DNA of 64,000 bases from Rebecca billardiae RCC1528. Lineage: Eukaryota; Protista; Haptophyta. The first letter of the stretch is position 1, and every line of letters starts with the position of its first letter. The position numbers and the translations under genes are program-made. This document shows, piece by piece, positions 45,185 through 54,700 of the stretch. The stretch is from contig OZ251243.1 in NCBI GenBank assembly GCA_965240325.2, positions 620,001-684,000 of the forward strand. The letters run 5' to 3'. The notes under the pieces are model-generated. The model saw only the letters and a list, made by a program, of their open reading frames with translations, made no database searches and was not told where the DNA came from.

Positions 45185-47825
45185 TCAGCGGTGGTGGTAG
45201 CTGCGCTCGCGCTCTCGTTCGGGCGGACGGTCGCGTGGGTCGGCCGTTCGTGGGTCGAGGCGAGCACCCCGCGGGTCGGCTGCCGCGCGGCGTGGGTCGG
45301 CAGCGCTGCCGCCGGCTGCCATCTGGCGCGGGTCGTTGGCGGCCGGGCGACTGCGCGGGTCGGCGCTGCGCGGGTCGGCAGATCGGTTGTTGTTCGTCGT
45401 GGTTTGCTGCATCTGCATCTGCTGCTGCTGCTGCATGAGCACCTGCTGCTGCTGCAGCATCTGCGCCTGCTGCGCGAGTGCCTGCTGCTGCTGCAGCTTC
45501 TGCAGCGTTGACATCTGATCGGTCATCACCTGCTGGTACGGCTTCATCAGGTCCTCCTCGCCGTGCGCAAAGTTGCAGGTCGGGCCGAAGTTGCATCGGC
45601 CTTGCTCCTGCTCGCGCGCAGCGGCGAGTCAAAGGGCGCGGGCGCACGGGCGTGGGGCGCTCAGCGCACGGCACGGTGCGTGCCCCGACGCGGCCGGCGC
45701 GCTCCGCGCGCACCCGCCAGTTTCGACAGACTTGTGTCTTGTATCGCGTGCGGTCGAAGTGGCTGCCATCCTTCCTGACGCCGGCTCCACGCCCGCCAGC
45801 ACCGCCGCGCCCTCCGCCCATCGCGCCGCCTGGCCCGCCAGCCGCGGCGCCGCCCATCCCGCCGAGCCCGCCGCTCAGGCCCGAAGGATCCAGCATGCCT
45901 GCCGGGCCGAGCAGGGAGGGGCCCGGGCCGATGCCCGAGCCTGGGACCCCAAGCAAGCCACCGCCGCCGGCCAGGCTGCCGGAATTTCGCAGCAGCGAGG
46001 TGAGGCCGCCGCCGAGTGGGCCAGCGGGGTCCGAGTGCGCGCCCCGTCCGCAGCCGCCGAACATCCCTGATGGCATGCCGCCCCCCGCGCCTCCCATGCC
46101 GTGCGAGCCATCGCCGGGTCCGCCACCGCCTCGGCCACCGCCGCCCTGCTGCAGCGGCGCGCCCCCAGCTGGGCGTGAAGAGGGCAGAGCGCCCGGGCCC
46201 GCTCCACCGCCGCGCTCGGCTGCGCGCTGCCCACGCGGGTCCGCACGCGGGTCGGCGCGCGGGTCGGCGCGCGGGTCGGCGCGCGGGTCGGCGCGCGGGT
46301 CGGCGCGCGGGTCGCCGCCACGCGGGTCGGCTCTCCTGCCGCCATTGGAGGGCGGTGCGGCCGCCACGAGCGTCTGCTGCTCGCGCGCGGGCTCGTCGGC
46401 ACGCGCGCGCCCAGCCGCGCCGCCGTCCTCGTACGCGCTCAGCTGAGTGCCCTGCACGGCCGCGATGCCGGCCAGCTCGTCACCCGCTGCCGCCTTGCTC
46501 GCCTTCGCCAGCAGCTCCTGCCCGCCCGAGGTCAGCCTCGCGATCGCGGTGACGGGGGCGGTCTTGAAGAGGGTCGCGGGCGCGGACGCGCCGAGCAGCG
46601 CCGCCGCGCCGTGCGCCGCCTCCGCGCAGCACGCGCACACGCAGCTGCCGTCGCCCCTCTGCTTGTAGAGCAGCAGAAAAAGCTCGCGCGCGCACGACTC
46701 GCACTGCGTCGCGGTCGGGTCGGCGAGGCGCGCCTTGGCGTCGAGGCCGTGCACGCGGCTCTCCGTGCGGCGCGCGCGCTCGATGGCGGCGAGCAGCTGC
46801 TTCAGGTCGTACCGCTCGCTGCTCGAGATGCTCGCGTCGGCGGACGCGCGCAGCCGCGGCGCCACCAGATCGCGCAAAGCGCAGAACGTGGCGAGGCACG
46901 AGCGCGAGCCCGCGCGCGCGCTGAGCTGCCCGAGCGGCGAGGGCGGCGGCGGCGGCATGTCGGCGAGGACGGCGCGGTGGAGCGCGCCCAGCGGAAGCCG
47001 CTCCCACGAGACGAGCGCGAACAGCTTCGCCGAGCACAGCGCCAGCGCGTGCGGCGGGAGCACGAGCGAGTCGCCCGCCTTCTGCGTCGCGAGGAAGAGA
47101 GGGAACGCGGGAGAGTTGTTGTAGATCTGGTCAAACTTGAGGAAGCCGAGCGCGCCTGACTCGTCGCATGCGCCCTGCGCCTTCCAGAAGGCCTCGGCGG
47201 CGGGGCGGTCGGCGCCGCGCACGATGATCCAGTCGACGCTCTTCACCTTGGCCGGGTCCGCGCTGAACGGCAGCTGCGCGGCCGCGTGCGGCCGGACGCG
47301 GCGCGATCGATCGGGGAGGGAGCGCGCACGTGCGCGCGGCCGATCAAGCAGGTGGTGCGCAGGTGTGCGCGCAGGCGCGCGTGGTGCGCGCGGCGCGCAG
47401 CGCCGGCCCGCGCGCACCAGCACGGCGCATCGAATCGCCGCGTGCACCGGCACGAGCGCAGACGCCTTCTTGGCCACGTCGCAGGCGATCAGGTACGGCT
47501 TGGGCCGCGCGTCCTCGGGCAGGTGCAGGAGCGCGTCGCCGGCATCCGGGGCGAGCATACCCTTCGCTCCCCACCCGATCTCCTCCGGGGAGAGCTGGCT
47601 CGCCAGCTGGAGGAACGGCGCAGGGCAATCGCACGCGATCGGACCCGCCGTCGCGTCTGCGCCCGACTGGCTCTGGAGAAAGCCCGCGTTGAAGCAGCCG
47701 TCCGAGGGCTCGCCGCGGACGATGACAGGCACGTCTTCGAGGGCGACCGTGTCCAGCGCCTTGGACGGCTTCTCCTCCTTCACGATCCTGACGTCAGCCT
47801 CGAGCTCGTCGTCGTCGCCCGCCAT
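45185..47825 (-). CDS. CCCH zinc-finger protein with degenerate JmjC-like/Cys-rich N-terminal half, DPR repeats and Gln-rich tail, ~796 aa; exons 47825-47418, 47273-45714, 45607-45185
   Basis: Splicing out 45608-45713 builds RYKTQVCRNWREQGRCNFGPTCNFAHG (C-x8-C-x5-C-x3-H). Also CESCARELF...CVCACC and 15 DPR tripeptides. Confidence 0.8.
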
Positions 47826-48647
47826 GGTGGCGGCGCGCGCAGTCTGGGGCGGTCGACGACGGTCGACGGTCGTCGATTTGCTGATGCCGCAAAATACTCG
47901 TCGCGACTGGCCGTCGGCGTGGCAGGACACCGCCTGCACCGCCGTCCTGCGCGGCTGAGCTGCTGGAGTGCGATCCACCTGCGCTGCGCGGCTCGCATGG
48001 ACCTGCCGTGCCCCGATAGAGGGCGAGGGTGCAGGTCCAGATGTCAGCTGGCAGTCTGAGCCGCTGGTAGCAGCTGTTCCAGCCTGCCACGTGCGCCCCG
48101 GGCGGTCGCGTGCGCGCTGCACCGCTTTGCCGCGGCGATCCAGCTGGCTGGCGGCGGCATGCGCGGCTGCGGCGTCCAGGGAGCGCTTCGCCCGCTGCTG
48201 CGGCGCCTCCTCATCGTCCAAGTCGTCGCCCGAAGGCGAGTCTCGGTCCGCGTGGAGGGGGGCAGCAGGGACTGGCGCGGCGGATGCAGCGGTCAGACGC
48301 CGGACGCGCCGCCGGCTCGCCCGCCCTTGGCCGCCCTTGGCCGGCTTGCGCGCACTGGCGTTCCTTGACGGTGCGGCGCGTCGAAGAGCGGCGGCTCGAT
48401 GGAGAACGAATCAGTCGGCCCTCGGCGTCGCGCCGTTGCCCGCGTTTCCCACGCCCCGATCGAAGCGGCCGTTCTGTGACTGTCTCAGTGTGACAGCGCG
48501 TGCTGAATTATAAGTAACGATTAGGAAAGTCGAACGCGCGATGCTTTCAATGCGTGCATATAGCGTAGTATAGTAGTAGCAGTAGTACTAGTACACGCAG
48601 ATGACATTGTTCTCGCGACGCGAGACGAGCGAATACAGTATATATGA

Positions 48648-48971
48648 GGCTCTGGCTCCGGTTGACCCCTGCCAGTCCGGTCCGACTAGAATTAGAAACC
48701 GGGCGTACCGAAAATGATCTTCGCAGCATTCCTGCGGCCGAATGAACGCCCGAAGTGTCCCACAGGGCCCCAAGTAGGGTTGCTATGGATGGCCAATAAG
48801 TGCCCAGGGTGTGAAACTCAGTTTGTGACTACTTCAGACTCTATTTTTCATAGCTATTTTCCCAGTCCGGTGACATATTTCCATCAATAGCTACGGGTGC
48901 ATCCGGATCGCTCCCGGACCGTGTTCTGACCAGAGTCTGAAATGGGTAAATACATAGTAAAATAGAGTCCG

Positions 48972-49030
<59 letters not shown>

Positions 49031-51151
49031 TAGAAAGGAAGTGCTTGTTATTATATTGGCCCAATGTCGCCCTGAAGTCATCATGTGATCATGGCCTGTT
49101 TTCTGGTGAACACAGCTTTAAACAATTTTAATTCGTGACAAAGCCCTGGGAGACCCAGCTCCGACCCCCTTTAATTGGGTGTGACGTACTGCTGTCCCAA
49201 GTAATACCGGAGTAGGAATACGAAGAATGGGGCCTCAAACGTTTTTTGATTAGGCACGCCTCGGGAATCGAGAACGCACTTGGTTAATTTTTGCGCCAAT
49301 TAAGGCACGCCTCGGGAATCGAAGCGCATGTGGTTAATTTTTGCGCGCGCCGCATAGAGATGTCGTTGCGATTCCCACAAATCTGGCGGCGATCTTAGCG
49401 GTACCCCCTTACCCAGTTCATACCGCCTATACAATACGGTAACGGTACGGACCTGGCGCGCCTCGCCGTGCACCCGCACGAGGCCACGCGCCCCGGCGCG
49501 CGCGCGCCCGCGGCCTCGCACCCAAACTGCGAGACGCCGGCAGCGCTCGACGCGTGCCTCGCGCAGCGCGGCTGGCGAGCACGCTGAACGGCGTGGACGA
49601 GGCGCGCAACGCGGAGCGCCGCGAGGGTCACGCCGCGCGTCGAGCCGAACCGCGCGCGGCGCGCGAGGCCGCCGCGACCGACGCGGTCGCGCGCCATCTG
49701 GGCGTCCGGCGGCAGCAGCGCGCACGACGTGCGGACTGCAGTTGCTGCACGACTACCACGCGTCGATGGCCGACGCGCGCACGCACGGCGTGATCGGTGC
49801 GTGCCGTTGCCGTGCCGCCGTGCCCGAGCGGCCGTGCGCAGCGACGACTGCATTGACTGCATCGACGCGCGCCTCGCTGGCGCCTCGGTGGGCCTTGCAG
49901 AACTGGGAGAGCCACGCTGCCGCACCTGGCTAATGGCTAAATCGCACACGCGACGCGCGAAGACGCGGCAGCTCGGATGATACCGTTAGTCAGCGCTGAA
50001 CGGCCAACTCGTCTCATCGTCGTCGGGTCTGCCGGCCCTGGCAAGCTTCTCCGTCGCGTCCTAGACGCGCTGTGTTCGACCAGCCCCACCGGGAAAAGGC
50101 CGCTAGGCCCCCGCTGTTTTACTTCTACCAGATTCCATTTACTATGTCACGGCGACAAACCCGTGCTCGCCAGTCCAGTGGGAATCGGTGTCACGCCCCG
50201 TTGGGTGTACCTCTCACGGCCGATGGCGGCCCCCACGTGCGCAAGGAATGCGATTCGTGCACTCCTCGGTGACCGGTGAGTGCACGAATCCAGTTGCGGC
50301 GCTCGTCCGCCTCGTCGTTGTCGCACACGAGGTACACCCAACACCATGGGTCGGATCCCAGAACTCTCCGCGCGCTCGCGCCTGCGCGGCACTGGCAGGC
50401 TTGTTCTCATCATCTTGGCCAACACTGCAGCCTGAAAGATGCGCGAGGACGCGTGTGCACGCCTTTCCGCGCGACAAGGATGCGCGTGGCACGCATCTTG
50501 TCGTCATCTACGCCGAGGAGGCCTGAACACCCGGCCCACCAACCTGCCGTGACCACGTTCAAATGCAGGCGGCAAGCTGCATGCGAGCGCACGCAACGGA
50601 AACATCTCACGCTCGACAAGGAAGTGGCGGCGGAGCGAGTAGAGCTGGTATCGTTTGCAGTCCATCTGTCGTTCAACAATCCTGGTTCACCAACTGACAC
50701 GGGCGCGACGCAGCCAAGGCAGAGTGCTTGCAGCTTGCAGCGCGCCCGCAACTGCGGTTTGGGCGCCGCGGCGCGGCGATCGTCTCACTGCCGTGCCCTG
50801 CGAGTGACCTCTGTGTCATGGCGAAGCACCATGGCAAGGCTTAGCAGCAAACCTTGGCATCATCTTTCAGTACAGCTCAGCGCCCTAGCACGAACATGCG
50901 CCAACGACGTGCCGTCACTACTCCGCAATCGCGCCGGTACCCACCAGTGCCAGCGGGCAAGCCCGCCATTGTACGCGTTTCGGCGAATGTCGCCTTTGGG
51001 CTCTCGTAGAAATAAAACAGGCCTCATCTAGCTAGGCATCCATTGAGAATTTGAGGTCCTCCTGTGGCAGTTTTCACGCGAGCAGTGACTTCATGAAGGA
51101 GCTCACAGTGCCCGTCTCTGACTCTGGCAGGGGTCAACCGAAGCCAGAGCC
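48648..51151. mobile_element. Non-autonomous TIR element, ~2.5 kb
   Basis: 28-bp TIR GGCTCTGGCT(C/T)CGGTTGACCCCTGCCAG with 1 mismatch (48648-48675 / 51124-51151). Flanks ATGA / ATAA (imperfect TSD). Contains a TA run, a palindromic module and a ~50-bp tandem duplication (49249-49346). Confidence 0.75.
48975..49028. repeat. (TA)n microsatellite
   Basis: Seen directly. Confidence 0.95.
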
Positions 51152-51176
51152 ATAAACGACTGCTCTGCTATAGATC

Positions 51177-51509
51177 TGTCAAAGGGCGAAGAGAGCGACA
51201 GGGCCGTGAGGCCCGAGAGCGTGACGCCGAGGGGGGCGAGGATGCCCCGAGGGACGGAGGTTCGACTGATGCAATGCGAAGCGGTATGAACTGACGGGCC
51301 AGTCGCTAGGTGCGCACCCGACAGTCCTGGGACCGTGGGAAAGGCTCAGATAGCCATCAACGGGTAAGTCGTGAAATGAGCCAGGAGGGAACGCGAAGGA
51401 TGCCGAGACTGATAATGAACGTCGGCAATCGATGTAGTATGCCGTGACGGTTGGTGATCCGGGTGCGTGTGGGCTGGAGAGCGAGTCCGGGTAACATCGG
51501 ATCTTGACA
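51177..51509 (-). repeat. 3' LTR (333 bp), preceded on the minus strand by PPT TTGGGTGGGGG (51510-51520)
   Basis: Homologous to 57544-57871; TG...CA ends. Confidence 0.9.
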
Positions 51510-51775
51510 CCCCCACCCAATCGCAGCGGTGGTCGTACGAAACCTGGTCGACCCGAAGGGACTGGGTGTAGACGTGTGACCGTCGTGTGATTGTAGATGA
51601 TGCGATGTAGCCGTATGGGATGCATGCGTCGGAGCGGTTGTCCGAGTAGACGATGTAGAAGTCGGGCGAGTCGGTGCCGGCAGCGTCTCCGTTCAGAAGA
51701 GACAGCGTGGGGTCAATGTGCGTCCGACGAGCGGCGACCGATGTAGCACTGGGACTTCGTGTGTGCGGCGAGGCC

Positions 51776-54700
51776 TTACATGCCCAGGATCTGAGCACGA
51801 AGTTTGAGGAAGGCGGCCGGGCCGAGCGGCTTGGTCATGATGTCGGCCGGGTTCTCGGTGCCGGGGATCAAGAAGAGCTTGAAGGTGCCGGCGCGGGTGT
51901 GCTGACGGTTCCAGTGGTACTGGACGTCGATGTGCTTGGTGCGGTTGTGGTACTTCTCGTTGTCCGTGAGGTCCACCACCGCCTTGTTGTCCTCGAAGAG
52001 CTTGGTCGGCGCGAGCTGCGGGTAGCCGAGGTCGGTGAGCAGCTTGCGCATGAAGATGATCTCCTTGCCGGCGGAGGTGACGGCCATGTACTCAGCCTCG
52101 GTCGAGCTCAGAGCCGTCGTGCGCTGCTTCTCGCGGCGGCCGCTCACCGTCGAGCCAAAGAGGTGCATCACGTAGCCGGTGACAGACTTGCGCTCGTCGT
52201 GGAGGTCGTTGGCGTAGTCGGCGTCCACGTACGCGATGAGCGCGACGTCCGAGCCCGAGCGGAAGAAGAGGCCGAGGTTCGGCGTGCCGGCGAGGTAGCG
52301 GATGATGCGCTTGGCAGCCTCGAGGTGTTTCTTGCCCGGCTTGGACATGAAGTGGGTGAGCGTGCCGACGGCGTAGGCGATGTCCGGGCGGAACTGCGTG
52401 ATGTGGATGAGCGAGCCGACCACGGAGCGGAAGAACGTCGTCGTCTCCGCGTCGAGCGCGTCCGACTCGGAGCACGGGCCGAGCTTGAGGCCCTCGGTCA
52501 TCGGCGTGTCGGACGTGTTGCAGTTCATGAAGCCCGTCTTCTCGAGGAGCTCGAGGATGTTCTTGGTGACGGTCACCATGATGCCGTCCTTGGAGCGCGT
52601 GAGCGTGGCCGACAGGTAGCCGTCGATGTCGGCCGTGATGGTCATCTTGTACGAGGATGTGATCTTCGAGATGAAGTTGTCGCAGGCGGTCGGGTCGTCG
52701 CTGTCATCGAGGATGAGCATGTCGTCCACGTAGATGCACACGGCGATGATGCCCGACTGCGTGTTGAGGACATAGAGGCACGGGTCGGCCTGGCTCTGCG
52801 CGAACCCGTACTCCTTCATCCAGTCGTCGATCATGAGACGCCAGTTGCGGCCGGACTGCTTGAGACCGTAGAGGCTCTTGAGGAGGCGCAGCACGACGTC
52901 ACCCTTCGCCTTCGGCTTGTACCCGAGCGGCAGCTCGAGGTAGATCTCGTAGTCGATCGGCGCGTTGAGGTACGCCGTCGTGAAGTCGCCGTGGAAGAGG
53001 CGGCGCTGCTTGGCCGCGGCGATGGCGATGATCATCTTGAGGGTCTCGTAGCGAACGACCGAGGAGAACGTCTCGTCGTAGTCGATGCCCTCGATCTGCG
53101 TGAAGCCCTTGCCCACGACGCGGGCCTTGAACCGCTTGATGTTGCCCTTCTTGTCGCGCTTGATGTTGAACACGGGCGCCGCCTTCAGCGTGCGCATCCC
53201 CGGCTTGCGCGGCACCTCCACCCACGTGTTGTTGGCCAGGATGGAGGCGTACTCGGCGTCGAGAGCGGCGGCGAACTGCGTCGCATGCGGGCCGTTGAGT
53301 GCTTGCACCGCCGTCGGCGTGTCCGAGAGTCCGATGGAGAGCAGGAGCGCGTAGATGCGCGGCAGCGTTGAGTAAGTTGGCGACGCGACCGAGTTGGCGT
53401 GCGCGCGCGCGCGCGTGCGAGATGAGGGCGGGTCGTCGTCGTTGAGCGCGTTGCCGACATCGAGGGAGTCCTCGGCGCCGGCGGCGTCGTCGTCAGCGTC
53501 TCCGACGTAGGCGTGCGGTGCGTCCCCCACCCGCTCAGCGTGTCCGAATGAGCCGGCGCCATCGCGGCGCCGCACGGCGCCGTGGGAACTTCCCCCATTA
53601 CCCACATCGGCAGCATGGAGGTCGAGCGGCGGCGGCGTCGGCGGCAGCTGCGGCGCGGCGGCGAGCGGGTCGCGCGCGATGTGAGCCGCGTCGGGGTGGT
53701 CGACGTAGAGCGTGTCCTCGTCGAAGCGCACGTGGTGCGAGATGATGAACATGTCCGGGACGATCTGGCCGTCGCCGGGCACGCGCACGATGATCGCCTT
53801 CGTGTAGCGCGTGCGGTTCTTGGGCGGGACGTTCACCATGTGGCCGTCGTCGCCGTGGCCGACGTAGACGCCCATGACGGCGCGCGGGTCGAGCTTCTTG
53901 AAGTGCGTGTTCGGCGGCACGACGTAGGCGACGCAGCCGAAGACACGCAGCTGAGCGAGATCTGGCGGGAAGCCGCGCAGGAGCTCGAACGGCGTCTTGT
54001 TGAACGCCACCGGCGTGGCGATGCGGCGGATGATGTACGCGGCGTGGCGCAGCGCGTCCTTGGCGTAGGCGTCGATGCGCAGCTTGGAGTGGAACAGGAT
54101 CGAGCGCGCCGCGTTGAAGAGCGTCTGGATGAAGCGCTCGGCGATCGGGTTGTGCTGCGGCGTGTCGGGCGGCGTGACCTGGTTGGGGGCGATGCCGTGC
54201 GCGCGGCAGATGCCCTCCCAGTCGGTCGAGTTGAGCTCGGGGGCGCCGTCGACGCGGAAGCGGCTGACGGTGTGGCCGTAGACCGACATGTCGTCGATGA
54301 AGCGTCGCATCGCCTCCGGTGCGTCCGAGCGGCGGTCGAGGAAGTAGATGAAGCCGGCCCGGGTGTAGTCGTCGACAAACACGATCACGTAGAACTTGGC
54401 AAAGTCGTCCGGGTTCACGATGAACTTGCCGTCGACGTAGCCGGCGACGTCGACATGGACGAGCACGAACGCCTGCTCCGAGCGGGGCGACGTGGACGTG
54501 AACGAGTTGCGCTTCATCTTGGCGAGCGCGCACGAGCAGTCCGACTTGAGGTTGCGCGCGCCGAGATGCTTGGATGCGGCGAGCGTGCGGTTGACGGCAG
54601 CGGCGTGAGCGTGACCGAGCCGGAGGTGAGCGACGCGCGAGAGCTCGTCGGCGTCCTTGAACTCGACGCAGCACTCGTCGCAGAACGTGTCGTCGTCCGG

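Noticed and set aside
4154-47417. Apparent excess of in-frame (3n) introns
   Set aside because: 7 of 18 are 3n, close to the one-third expectation; lack of stops is explained by GC content.
47826-48221. Upstream extension of the CCCH gene ORF
   Set aside because: Codon bias starts at ATG 47825 (ACCATGG context); the upstream part looks like UTR/promoter, though not excluded.
49395-51031. ORFs inside the 48648-51151 TIR element as a transposase
   Set aside because: No DDE, HTH or other recognisable motif in the frames I could read.
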